A stretch of DNA of 64,000 bases from Octopus vulgaris (lineage: Eukaryota), in assembly GCA_951406725.2 (NCBI GenBank), contig OX597819.1, forward strand, positions 98,084,001 to 98,148,000, read 5' to 3'. Positions 13,343 to 25,612 of this stretch are shown piece by piece. Position numbers and translations under genes: made by a program. The stretch's first letter is position 1. The number at the start of each line of letters is the position of its first letter. The notes under the pieces are model-generated. The model saw nothing but the letters and a program-made list of their open reading frames with translations. It made no database searches and was not told where the DNA came from.

Positions 13343-13856
13343 CTGTAAATCCTCGAATATAATCCGCATCCCCCCACCCTAAAATTTAAAGTTCAAAATC
13401 CCTAGTGCATACTATATACGAGGTTAAAAATGAAAATTATTTTCTAAGCAATGTCCGAGTCTCTATTTGCTGTCCGGCAATGTTTATTCAGACGCATTTT
13501 GTAATGTCAGACGCGAAAATACCTTAAGCTAAGTCTGAAAGCAATGAAGTCATAAAAGAATCATCTATAACATGCAGTAAGCAACATTTATTAAACGTTA
13601 TTACTGTTATTTCTTTATTTTCTGCAAACAAAATGCACAAAAACGCTACACGTTTGCATTATGTTGTATATACAATAATAATAAAGGACGTTACCGTATA
13701 CAGTTTTACAAACCAAGAACGTTATATAGACCTTCTTGACTCAAGTTAGAGAAGGGGTGCGTATTATACACAAGGTTTAGGTCTTTCAGAGGTACAGCCC
13801 CCTACAAATTCCCTGCGTATTATACTCAAGTGCAGACTATAGTCGAGGATTTACGG
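13343..13856. mobile_element. Tc1-mariner/pogo-type MITE
   Basis: TIRs CTGTAAATCCTCGAATATA / TATAGTCGAGGATTTACGG, TA target duplication, repeated subterminal GCGTATTATAC motifs. Confidence 0.85.
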
Positions 13857-14309
13857 TATTCCACTGTTGGGGTTGATGGCAGCTATGTGAAAATGACGAG
13901 TGATTACTTGGATTACAGTACTGAGTACAAATCTTTATTTGCATGCTTGTTTGTTTCTCTCCTCGCTTCTCTCTTTTAAAAATAATCAGCTATATACTAA
14001 CACACCAAACAAAAAAAAATGCATTTTTGATTTACTTATAACAAGCTAGAGAGAACCACTAGCACTCTAGTTCGTTGCAATACAGATAAGATTTAGTTTT
14101 AACTGACATTCAAGTAAGCCGTTTCTATAGAAACAATATTCATATTGTTCTATGGAACGATATAAATTTTTGCACAATCTTTGAATCTGTATCATCTCTT
14201 TGTGCCTTCTGTTACTACAATGGACATTGTTCATCTTTATGTCATTAACTTTTCTTTTATCTTAGTACCGAAACATGAGCCGCTGAAGATTTTTACTGCT
14301 CATATATAC

Positions 14310-14422
14310 AGTTCAAATTCACAGAAAACAAAAGCCGAAGACAGGTGAGGAAACAACAAGCAGGTGTATTAGTATGACGCTCGGGAAAATGGAAAAGTTT
14401 TTGACGTTTCGAGCCTACGCTT
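14310..14422 (-). mobile_element. PLE-like terminal fragment with truncated hammerhead
   Basis: Minus strand AGC-GTAG-GCTC-GAAA-C-GTC followed by a T-rich tail; homologous to 14906-15130; truncated by (TA)n. Confidence 0.6.
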
Positions 14423-14442
14423 TTATATATAAATGTATATAA

Positions 14443-14491
<49 letters not shown>

Positions 14492-14499
14492 TACATATG

Positions 14500-14562
<63 letters not shown>

Positions 14563-14747
14563 TATCACACACACACACATGTATATATATATATATATAT
14601 ATATATAAAGCGCGCACACGTTAATATCGAACAGTTGGAACGAGTGCCCAACACCCCATTGGAGGATGAATATTGTTTATTTGTAGGTTAACCAGGCTAC
14701 CATTGACCAGGCTCCAAGATGGAGACGAACACCAACGTTCCATGCGA

Positions 14748-14803
14748 CAGGCTTGATAATTGCCAAGAGATATCTCTCGTACCATGAAACCAATGGTAGC
14801 CTG
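14748..14803 (+). ncRNA. Hammerhead-like ribozyme, U3:A8 core variant
   Basis: CAGGC-TTGATAA-[imperfect helix II]-GAAA-CCAATGG-TA-GCCTG; helix I CAGGC/GCCTG, helix III ACCA/TGGT, GUA site. Confidence 0.55.
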
Positions 14804-14866
14804 GTTAACCTGCAAATAAAAAAGTATATACAGGGGAATATATATGTATGTATATATATATGTATA

Positions 14867-14907
<41 letters not shown>

Positions 14908-14995
14908 TTCCGGTCTTTCAAAATGTGACCTCGTGTGTACCATTGGCGATTTTTTTTCCTCTGTCTTCCCTTCTCTGGATCTTTTCTTCTCCGAT

Positions 14996-15030
14996 GTTTC
15001 CGACGAAGAGCTCCGCTCGAAACGTTAAAC
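14996..15030 (+). ncRNA. Minimal hammerhead-like motif (C4 variant) in a PLE-like cassette 14906-15130
   Basis: GTTT-CCGACGA-A-GAGC-TCC-GCTC-GAAA-CG-TT-AAAC; helix I GTTT/AAAC, helix II GAGC/GCTC, palindromic AACGTT. Confidence 0.6.
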
Positions 15031-15125
15031 CCCCCTTCTTTCCTTCTTTCCTGAGCGTCCAATAATACTATATTTGTTCTACGTCCTCGCGTTGTTGTGT
15101 TTTTTTTGTGCTTTCTTGTTTGGAT

Positions 15126-15188
<63 letters not shown>

Positions 15189-15192
<4 letters not shown>

Positions 15193-15255
15193 AAGTAAGC
15201 AACAAGAATATCTTCGTACCAAATTACCGAAGATATTCTTGTTGCTTACTTTGAT
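15189..15255. repeat. Perfect hairpin with 28-bp arms
   Basis: ATCAAAGTAAGCAACAAGAATATCTTCG and its exact reverse complement around an 11-nt loop; (TA)n on the left and after a roughly 100-bp tail on the right. Confidence 0.95.
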
Positions 15256-15367
15256 TATATTCACCCCAGGGATTTATATGGATAACACCGTACAAAAGTC
15301 TGGTGCATCTGACTTAAGTACCATATTCATTTGAATCTAAATTTTGCTGAACTTATATATATATATA

Positions 15368-15712
15368 CGCGTGGCTGTGTGGTTAGAAGCTTACATCCCA
15401 ACTACATGGTACCGGTTCCGACCCACTGCATGGAACCTTGGGCAAGTGTCTTCTACTACGGGTCGACCAACGTCTCGTCAGTGGATTTGGTAGCCGGAAG
15501 CTGAAAGAGGCCCGTTGTATATATATATATATATATATATCCCACCATCACTTTGCAACCGATGTTGCAACCGATGTTGGTATGTTTACGTCGCCGTAAC
15601 ATAGCAAGCAGACCGATAGAATAAGTACAAGGCTTACAAAGAATAAGTACAGGGGTCGATTTGTTCGACTAAAGATGGTGCTCCACCATGGCTACAGTCA
15701 AACGAAACAAGA
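15368..15712 (+). mobile_element. SINE family A, diverged
   Basis: GTGGCTGTGTGGTTAG head, CCTTGGGCAAGTG core, family tail. Confidence 0.8.
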
Positions 15713-15760
15713 AATGTTAGTTAACCCGTTCTCACCTCACTTTCTCTCTCTCTGTTTCTC

Positions 15761-15797
<37 letters not shown>

Positions 15798-16053
15798 CAG
15801 CTCTGCTGAAAGGCCAACAGCGGAGTATCCACATCGCGGAGGCACCAACCTTTTCCCCAAACCCATTCAATGGACTCATTTTGAATGGATGATGGATAAA
15901 GTTCGAAAGAATCTGTTTGTGTGTGTGTGTGTGTACGTGAGAGAGAAAGAGATGAAGAGAGAGAGTGAGAGAAGGAGATGCGAATGACAAAAGATGGGTG
16001 TAAGAGTTCGTTATGAGAGCAGAGAAATAGATGAGGAAGAAAAGAATTTTTAA

Positions 16054-16750
16054 GGCGCAGGCGTGGCTGTGTGGTAAAACGTTAGCTTCCAATCCACATG
16101 GTCCTCGGTTCAGTCTCATCGCATGGCAACTTAGGCAAGTGACTTCTACTATAGCCTCGGACCATCAAAGCCTTGTGAGTGGCTTTGGTAGACGGAAACT
16201 GAAGGAAGCCAGTCGTACATATCTATATCTTTGTGTATGCATGTATCATTGTGTCTGTGTTTGTCTCCACCACCACCACCACCACCACCACCACCACCAC
16301 CGCCACTAGGCAACTGATGTTGGTGTGTTTACGTTCCCTTGTTTGTCCTCTCTGTGTTTAGCCCCTTGTAAAGAAATAGGTATTTCGTCTGCCGTTACGT
16401 TCTGAGTTCAAATTCCGCCGAGGTCGACTTTACCTTTCATCCTTTCGGGGTCGATAAATTACGTACCAGTTACGCACTGAGGTCGATGTAATCGACTTAA
16501 TCCCTTCGTCTGTCCTTGTTTGTCACCTCTATGTCTAGCCCTTTGTGGGCAATAAAGAAATAAGAAACTTTAGCACCCCGTAACTTAGCGTTTCGGAAGA
16601 AGTGACCGATAGAACAAGTACCAGACTTTCAATAAATAAATAAATAAATAAATAAAAGTACCAGGGTCGATTCATTCTATTAAAAATTCTTCAAGGTTGT
16701 GCTGTAGCATGGCCACAATCTAATGACCGAAACTAGTAAAAGATAAAAGA
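16054..16750 (+). mobile_element. SINE family A interrupted by SINE family B (about 16340-16575)
   Basis: Family A head to GTGTTTACGTTCCC, then family B core, then family A resumes at CCCCGTAACTTAGCG. Confidence 0.8.
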
Positions 16751-17314
16751 AATGGTAAGAAAGAAACCCACATTTACAGACTCGCACCGATACCCTAAAT
16801 CTTTTCACGTACAGCCATTCCTTGAAAGGCTATGGGCTGGAGTGTTTAACTGGTGAATAAGTAGCCAGTGGCAGCTGACGTCTCAAGCCGTCCTCAAGAG
16901 GGGGTGTTACCCACCGCTCCGGAATCAAGGTGACAATATTCGGCGATTACTTAGTTAAGATGAAAGTCGGAAGTCCCTACCCAACTCCCACTTTCCTTTT
17001 ATGAAGCGTCTTCAGAGACCTTATTCATAGGCACCGCCTCCTTGATCTGTTAACGACCTCCATCTGGGGGAGAGAACAGGGGGACAAAGGATACGTAAAG
17101 GAACGATTAACTCAACCTGGATACCTGGGTAGGAAACAAGATCACAAACATAGACACATATACACACATACATACACTTGCATACCTACAGACATGCACA
17201 CGTGTTGACACACGCATGTACACATACGCACATGTACACATTTTCTACAAACATGGATATCTACACTGTCATGCACACACACACACACACATACACACAC
17301 ACACACAAATACAC

Positions 17315-17367
<53 letters not shown>

Positions 17368-18325
17368 TACACACACACATTGCGGTGTGTAAACTCCGCA
17401 ATATACACAAGTATATACCATACATATGCACCTACAAAAGGCTATATAAAACACCACACTCATATATAAATCTAGCACCTAAACAATTACACATATGCAC
17501 GCAAACGCACTCATACGTACATTAAAAAACCTTACATACTACGCAAACACACACATGCACACATTAAATACACATTAATGTTCTCGGATGTTTTTGAATT
17601 TGTGCGAGTTTGAGTGTGAATGGAGGTATCAATGTCTATGTAAGTGTGTGTGTGTGTGTGTGTGCGTTTATATGTCAGTATATAAGTGTGAATATGTAAT
17701 ATATTCATAATTACAGTGATAAATATCGAAACATATTTGTGTGTTTTACGTGTCAAGTGGTATATTCAACCCATGCACACACACATGTGCGTATGCAAAT
17801 ATATATATATATATACACACAATATATATATCCGTATATATATATATATACATACACACACAACATATATATATATACACACACACACATACACACAAAC
17901 ACACATATATGTATGTATATACTCTTGTATGAAAGTTAATATAAATGTGTGTATGTGCGCGCGCAACCACAATTAAACACCTGTGAGGCTCTATCGACTT
18001 GTGAATTCATCATCATCATCATCATCACCACCACCACCACCACCACCACCACCATCACCATCACCACCACTATCATCATCATCTTCACACACATCACTAA
18101 AATGATAAATCATTAGTCAGAAGGTATCATTTGATTAACATTTGATGTATATTTTTGATGTTTATTTCTAAAGATTTAGGTTCAATTTTCACCTGATTTT
18201 CTGTCTATCGTTCATATTTGTTGTGTATCAATCTTAAATACGTTTCTTTTCAGTATTTGGTGTTACCTCTCTCCCCCACCACCACTACCTACTGAGAGGA
18301 TATCTTCTAAAAGAACCTAACCTTA

Positions 18326-18730
18326 GGCGTAGGAGTGGCTGTGTGGTAAGTAGCTTGCTTACGAACCACATGGTTCCAGGTTCAGTCCCATTGCATGGCA
18401 CCTTGGGCAAGTGTCTTCTACTATAGCCTCGAGCCTACCAAAGCATTGTGAGTGGATTTGGTAGACGGAAACTGAAAGAAGCCCGTCGTATATATGTATA
18501 TATATGTATATATATGTATATATCTATGTGTGTATATATGCTTGTGTGTCTGTGTTTGTCCCCCCAACATCGCTTGACAACCGATGCTGGTGTGTTTACG
18601 TTCAGTAAAAGAGACGGATAGAATAAGTACTAGACTTACAAAGAATAAGTCCTGGGGTCGATTTGCTCGACTAAATGTGGTGCTCCAGCATGGCCACAGT
18701 CAAATGACCGAAACAAGTAAAAGAAGAGTA
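18326..18730 (+). mobile_element. SINE family A, near full length
   Basis: GGCGTAGGAGTGGCTGTGTGGTAAG ... GAAACAAGTAAAAG. Confidence 0.9.
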
Positions 18731-18894
18731 CATATTTTCCACGTCTCCTGGATATAACGCTAGTCTGTTTTATGTGATTCACATTCACTACTTAGTTCCA
18801 CCAATTTAGCTACGTTAAGGTAATGTAGATTTAAGCCTGAACAGTACGAAAAGCCAACAACGGAGCTGGGCTCACAATACACATATCTATAATC

Positions 18895-19109
18895 TATCTT
18901 TTATATGTTTCAGTTCTTGGACTGCGACCAAGCTGGGGCGCTGCCTCGAAGGTTTTTTTTTTTTTTAATACCAAATAAATTGGCTCAAGTACTTAATCTT
19001 TTGGAATATTTTATTGAACCGCTAAGTTGTGAGGACGTAAACAAACTAGCACCAGTTGACAAGCGGTAGGTGGCGTGGACACAAACACAATATAAGCAGA
19101 AGCACACAA

Positions 19110-19140
<31 letters not shown>

Positions 19141-19825
19141 TCACACACACATGCATACACTCACATATACACACGCAAACACATACACGCATACACACAC
19201 ACACGTGTGTGTGTATAGGTGACGGGCTTCCGCACACTTTTTGGTTGTCAGATCCACTCACAAGGCATTGATCGATCCAAGACTATAATGGGAATACTTG
19301 TGTAGGTGTCTTGTATTGGGACCGAACCCGAAAATAAGTGGTTGCAAAGCAGGATTCTTAAACTTTTCTACCCTAGGTACAATGCCCGAAATTTTTGAGG
19401 AAGGAGACCAGTCGATGAGATCGTCCCCAGTGCGCAACTGGTACTTAATTCATCGACCTCGAAAGGATGAAAGGCATAGTTGACCTCGGCGGAATTTGAA
19501 CTCAGAACGTAAAGACAGACGAAATACCGCTAAGCAGTTCGCCCGGGGTGCTGACGTTTCTTATTTTTTTATTGCCCACAAAGGGCTAAACATAGAGGTG
19601 ACAAACAAGGACAAACAAACGGATTAAGTCAATTATATCGACCACAGTGCGTAACTGGTACTTATTTAATCGACTCCGAAAGGATGAAAGGCAAAGTCTA
19701 CCTCGGCGGAATTTGAACTCAGAACGTAACGGCAGACGAAATACGGCTACGCATTTCGCCCGGCGTGCTAACATTTCTTCCAGCTCGCCGCCTTAGCGGG
19801 CTTCTTAAACACACAACCATGCCGT
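18895..19825 (-). mobile_element. Diverged SINE family A with nested dimeric SINE family B (19364-19794)
   Basis: Family B dimer flanked by an apparent 16-bp TSD AGCAGGATTCTTAAAC / AGCGGGCTTCTTAAAC. Confidence 0.8.
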
Positions 19826-20799
19826 TGATTTATTCATGTTTCTTTTTAACTACTACCTAATCTACTGCCAATAAATGTCTGAAGACACTTTAACGAACGA
19901 AAGCACAAAAAGCACCTCTGTCAGGTGCCAAATAGGACTAGACTCCAATCAAAGAAATAAACCAATTGATACAAAAACGTATTCTGTGTTATTGAGGTAT
20001 AGGGTAACATCTATTTGATGTATTGTGGTATTAATATTATTATGTCACACTACATTAATTCGTATTTAGTAGGCCACTGTATACCTTACTACACTACTCT
20101 AAGTTATTCTTTGCTGCATCACACTAGATGACTTCATATTACACAATACTATACAGCATTACACTGCCGAGGCATTGCATTGCCCTGCTTTACATCTGTG
20201 GCAACCAACAACCCAAAGGTATGGTTATTTTTCGAGGTTCATGATAAAGTAAAAAAAAAAAAAAAAAAAAGACATCCGTGTTTTAGATGGGTTTTATAAG
20301 AGAAAATTGCCAGAAAAGTTTTGGCAAAATTTTAATATTAGGTAAAACATTAATACTACAATATTTCGGTTTTGACATAGATTTCATTTTGTAGATATTG
20401 TCATACCAAATCTGCTTTCCGTATGTGTTTTTAGATAAAACTTGATACAATTGTCGTAATAACATGTTCATATTTAAAATATAAAACATTAAAAAAGTGG
20501 GGATAAAACATTATTTTTAACTTTCTTCATTAATTTACAGTAGACTATTTTGGATAAACATACATTTTGTATGTCTTAAATTGTCTTATAATTAAAAATA
20601 CAGTAGTTGCCCTTTTTTCGAAGAAGTTTCTTTTATCTTTTTATGTTTAAGCTCGTTTTTATTTAAACTAAGACAATAGTAAAAATGTTTTTCAAATTGT
20701 AGGGCAAAATTCCTCATCTTTTAAAATATGACCCGCGTAGACCAGAATGAAATCGGGTTATAATACTGGAACAAGTAAAACAATAATAAACTATTTTAA

Positions 20800-20830
20800 T
20801 CCCGAGCAAGGCCGGGTATATATGTCTAAT
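20800..20830 (+). mobile_element. Helitron-like 3' terminus
   Basis: CCCGAGCAAGGCCGGG hairpin followed by CTAA (CTAG-like); same motif as 52151-52178; 5' boundary not determined. Confidence 0.5.
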
Positions 20831-21180
20831 CTATAAAATGAAGGAGGCGAACGTTCATACAAATTGGATTTTTGTGTAAAAGAATGGGGCTGGAAGGGAA
20901 TTAAAATTTACAGGAGGGGTAACTTGAGATGAGAAATTTATTGGGAGACGTTTTGGGGCGCTACAGTGGTTGCTTTGGTGTGAAAACGGTGATTTTATTG
21001 ATTTTGGGGGACACTTGGGGATCTAGATTGGACAACTTTTACCCGATTTCAATCTAATTTTCAATATGGTAAAGTGGAAGCGGATTTGTAATTTAAGCGC
21101 GGAAATCTATTTTTTTATAAATGGGAGAAAAATAGATAGAGAAAGATAGAGAGTAAGAGAAAGCGAGGGAGAGTCCGAGA

Positions 21181-21791
21181 GAACCGCTAAGTTATTTTAT
21201 CGATCTCTGGCGAACCGCTAACTCAATTTATCGATATCCTTTGGCGAACCGCTGATATTTTATCGAACACGTTTGCCGAATCGCTAAGTTAATTTATCGA
21301 TCACGATTTGAGAAATGCAAAGTTATTTTATCGATCTCCATTGGCGAAACGCTAAGTTAATTTATTGATCCTCTTTGGCGAACAGCTAAGTTATTTTATC
21401 GATCTTCTTTGGCGAACGACTAAGATATTTTATCGATCTTCTTTGGCGTACCGCTATTTTATCTTATCGATCACGATTGGCGAACCGCTAAGTTATTTTA
21501 TCGATCTTCTTTGGCGAACCGCTAATGTTATTTTATCGATCAGGTTTGTCGAACCGCTATGTTATTTTATCGATCAATGATTGGCGAACCGCTATGTTAT
21601 TTTATCGATCTCCTTTGGCGAACCGCTATGGTATTTTATCGATCTCCTTTGGCGAACAGCTATGTTATTTTATCGATCACCTTTGGCGAACCACTAATGT
21701 TATTTTATCGAACCTGTTTGGCGAACCGCTAAGTTATTTTATCGATTACGTTTTACGAAACGCTAAGTTATTTTATCGATCTCCTTTGGCG
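21181..21791. repeat. 34-bp minisatellite, about 18 copies, derived from SINE family A body
   Basis: Unit GTTATTTTATCGATCTCCTTTGGCGAACCGCTAA versus SINE TTATTCTATCGGTCTCTTTTGCCGAACCGCTAAG. Confidence 0.9.
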
Positions 21792-21814
21792 ATATTCCAG
21801 ATGCCAGTCGCTAA

Positions 21815-22330
21815 AATAATTGTTTCCACTATAAACATTAAACCTGAAATTGTTGGGGAAGAGCAGTCGACTTCAAAATTTGAAGTTCGAATGCAAAATT
21901 TGACTTCCACGGAATTTAAACTCCGAACGTAATTCCGCAAAGTATTTTGTTCGGCGTACTGACAGTTCAAATAATAATCCTTTCTACTATAGGCACAAGA
22001 CTTGAAATTTTGGAACGGGGTATTAGTCGATTACATCGACCTCAGTGCTCTGCGGGTACTTATTTTATCGACCCTAAAAGGATAAAAGGCAGAGTCGTCC
22101 TCGGCGGGATTTGAACTCCGAATGTAATGACGTAAATAATTTTGTCCGTCGTGCTAACGATTTAAATTATAATCCTTTTTATTATAGGTACAAGGCCTGA
22201 AATTTGGGGGATGGGGGCAGTCGATTACATCAACTGGTACTTAATTTATCGACCCCGAAAGGATGAAAGTGTAAGTCGACCTCGGCGAAATTTGAGCTCA
22301 GAACGGAAAAAGACAATTTTGCCAGCTCAA
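21815..22330 (-). mobile_element. Three tandem SINE family B copies
   Basis: Repeated CCTGAAATTT..AGTCGATTACATC..GGAATTTGAACTC blocks. Confidence 0.8.
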
Positions 22331-22664
22331 TAGTAACCAAATCTCCCTCAAACTACACTCTAACGTCTTGAAAATATATAAATGATATTTTAAGAAAATT
22401 AGACATGGATGTACAGAAAGAAAGGATGATCATGATTGGAACGCTTTTGCTCATAGATGTGCTCGATCAAGGCTGATCTAAGACTAAGCGACAGCAACAA
22501 CCGGTATCAAAATAAAACAAAAACAAACAAAAAAACTTCTCACTATTACTCTCTTAAAGATCGATCCTAGGTCATTGTTTGGAGTCATTTCTATTCTAAG
22601 TAAAAAAATCTCGATGTACTTTTTAAAATCTATCAATAAGTTTTAATAGAAGGGCCTACATATT

Positions 22665-22895
22665 TTCTTCGGACTTCGCATTAGCTGTAGAATATAAAAT
22701 TGACCCTAATAATGGTTAACTTGCTTGATGTAACTGCAGATCTCACTACTTCTCTCTACAGACCCTACTGTAACCCAGATAATTCTTCCACAAGCTACAT
22801 AGACATATATTCTACCACCTTAGGACCATAACTAATATCCTAATTAAGAGCATTTTCCTCAGATTCTCTAAAACTGTCTACGTGTTCAATAAAAT
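22665..22895 (+). pseudogene. Penelope-like element reverse transcriptase relic (motif 7/thumb)
   Basis: LIMVNLLDVTADLTTSLYRPYCNPDNSSTSYIDIYS resembles the PLE motif VNFLDVTxxLxxxxYxPYxKPxxxxxYIxxxSNHP. Confidence 0.6.
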
Positions 22896-23157
22896 CTGCA
22901 GATTAAATTGCTCAATTGGGATATGCCCATGGATGCTGGTAAATGTCTGAGAATGGATCTGGATTTCGTTCAGAAAATTGTAGAAGGGATGTGAGTAATG
23001 ATAGAAGCAAAATGAAAGCGGTTTTAATGAGTAAGAGAAAAAGAGGAATATGGTGGGAGCGAAAGAGAGATAATAAGAGCAATAAGAGAGAGTGAGAGAG
23101 ATAGGAGTGATAGAGTGAGAGATAAAGAATAGATGAGAGGAAAAGAGAAGGTTTGGA

Positions 23158-23206
<49 letters not shown>

Positions 23207-23327
23207 AGAGAATTAGAGACGTGAATGGATGATTTTAATATCTCTTTTATGTGGTATGTCTGTTAAATGAATTGTGCTGGCAGATAGTATCACAGAAGGG
23301 GGAGGCTCCTCTTATAATTGACTGTTT

Positions 23328-23366
<39 letters not shown>

Positions 23367-23845
23367 CAAGTGATGGTAGTGGTAGTGCATGTGGCGGTAG
23401 CAGCAGCACTAGTAGTAGTAATAGTAGTAGAAGGAGGAGGGAACGAGGAAGAGGAGAAAGAGGGGAGAGAAGCTTGCCGTTGTCAAACAGGTGCTTGTGT
23501 GGACTGGGTACAGGAATGTTAGCTGTGTTTATTGGTGGAGAGGACCAAGGGAAGCTCAGAGGAGGACATTCTTGTTGTGTAGGGGTGAGTGGAGGGTGCA
23601 GAGTGAGTAGCATGAATTGTCATTAGTTAATGGCTGTGGAGTTTGGATAGAGGTAATTACTGGTGGATAGAGAATAAGAGAGAGAAAGCAACATAGAAAG
23701 GAAAGGAGAATAAGAGAGAAGGAGAGAGAAAAAGAGAGAGAGAGACAGGCAGAGACAGAGAGAAAGAGAGAGTAAAAGAGAAATGAAAGAAACATTTGCG
23801 GAAAAAAAGGAAGGAAGGAAGGAACGAAGGAAAGAAAGCAAGTTG

Positions 23846-24028
23846 GGACCTTTTCCCTTTCAACGGCAGATCGGGAAATTAAGTTTTTGTAACTAATCAC
23901 TTTCAAACTTCGGATACACTAAGAGCAAATGATGTTTTATATGACACATTCTACCAGTGCCCGAAGTTTGAAAGTGCTTAGTTACAAAAACTTAATTTCT
24001 CGATCTGCCGTTGAAAGGGAAAAGATCC
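23846..24028. mobile_element. MITE with roughly 70-bp TIRs and 8-bp TSD
   Basis: GGACCTTTTCCCTTTCAACGGCAGATCG / CGATCTGCCGTTGAAAGGGAAAAGATCC; flanks GCAAGTTG and GCAAGTCG. Confidence 0.85.
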
Positions 24029-24464
24029 GCAAGTCGGAAGAAAGAAAGATGAGAATGAATGTTGAATCAATGAGGGAGCTTTTCTATATTGTCGTTTAAC
24101 CAGCTACAATTAACAACTACATCACCTTATATCACACGCTGGTTAACGTAATCCATTATCTGAAAACAAGAAATTGTCATGGTTGGAGTGCCTTTGATCA
24201 TTGGTCTGTTGGATCGGGGTTGAACAGCAACGACATAACAACAGTAAAAGCAAAAACAAAAACAATGATAGTTCTTTGCGCCAATACGAAAGAGTTGAAA
24301 CTTCAGAATATATATATATACGAGCAAAACGCCCCATCCACCCCGCGTCCAATGGACGGTGCTGAGTTGTCAAACATTTAAACCAAATTTTCTCAAAACA
24401 ACTTGTCCGATCGTCCCATAGGCCTCCCCTTTGAGAAACACTGATTTAACCTAAATTTGAGACA

Positions 24465-24879
24465 CCAGCAAAAGAAGAAATAAAGATAGACTTTTTTCTA
24501 TTCCATATAAAAACGATTTTATTAACACAAATATGCATCCGAAGAGTTTAAAGTAATGATAAGGCTGTTGACTGGGAGAACAAACATGGTTTAAACAGTA
24601 AGCTTGACAGGAAAGAAACGTGCCTACAAGCAGTACAAAAACAACAAAAAATAGAAGGTGCAGTTATGTACAGGTTGACAGAAGAAAAACAGGACAAAAA
24701 CGGCTTTATCGATCGCATTCTCACCTGGAATCGATTTTTGTAATTTTTTAAAGACTTATACACGCCCTGATACCGTCGGTATCTAATTATCAAATTTGAG
24801 CGTAATCGGATGGAGGATGCTCGAGATCCGAGAAAACACACATACACACACAGACAGACAGAACGGATTTTATATAAGA
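24465..24879 (-). mobile_element. Probable non-autonomous Helitron
   Basis: Minus-strand 5' TCTTATATAAAA followed by a (CTGT)/(GT) tract and CCGATT..CAAATTTG, similar in style to 51665; 3' boundary uncertain. Confidence 0.45.
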
Positions 24880-24899
24880 TATATATATATATATATATA

Positions 24900-25170
24900 T
24901 TCTTCTTCGGCTGTCCGTCGTGGGTGGACGTTGACTGTTCTTGTTCAGGGATCACCTCTGGCAGACTCGAATCACATGTGGGTTACAAGGCCTGCTCTTG
25001 ATCTGCAGCCGTGATGACATCTGCCGTAGATGAAGCAACATGACGCAACGGAAAAGTGATACCTCCCATGTGCTCTTTCGTATTCAATCTGTTGTTTCTT
25101 CTCAAAGGCAGGAATTATTAGCTTTAGTGATCAGTGCCATTCATCGCGCCGCAGATGTCTGGGGTTCTTC
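24900..25170 (-). mobile_element. RTE LINE 3' end
   Basis: Minus strand encodes RCHHGCRSRAGLVTHM (RTE C-terminal zinc-finger-like), then a short stem-loop UTR and GAAGAAGA tail. Confidence 0.6.
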
Positions 25171-25485
25171 ATATATCCCTTCAGCACATCCCTGTATTCC
25201 AAGGGAGGATGAAATAGAACTAACTATAAACGGCTACAAACAACTAAAAACTTTAGGAACAATGTTTTATGTAAGAAAAAAATTTTAACATTACGCTATT
25301 AAAAATTAAATACGCATATATGTTCTTCAACTTAACTTAGTTTAATCTAAAATAGTTTCTCTTCTCTTTAATGGTAAAGCCACGTGTTTTAAGTTTTCCA
25401 ACAACAAAAAAATAAAACGTCGAGAAAATTAAACATGTTTCTTTAATTTAGCAAGAGAGAAGCTGTGTTCTTGATATAAATATAA

Positions 25486-25531
<46 letters not shown>

Positions 25532-25537
25532 GCGTGC

Positions 25538-25611
<74 letters not shown>

Positions 25612-25612
25612 T

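Noticed and set aside
16720-16745. GAAACTAGTA in a SINE tail
   Set aside because: A point variant of the SINE A tail GAAACAAGTA, with no core upstream.
21181-21791. CRISPR-like regular repeats
   Set aside because: Units are contiguous with no unique spacers, they match a SINE segment, and there are no cas genes.
23290-23613. Pro/Leu-rich 107-aa ORF as a host exon
   Set aside because: Partly trinucleotide repeat, no recognisable homology and no clear splice sites.
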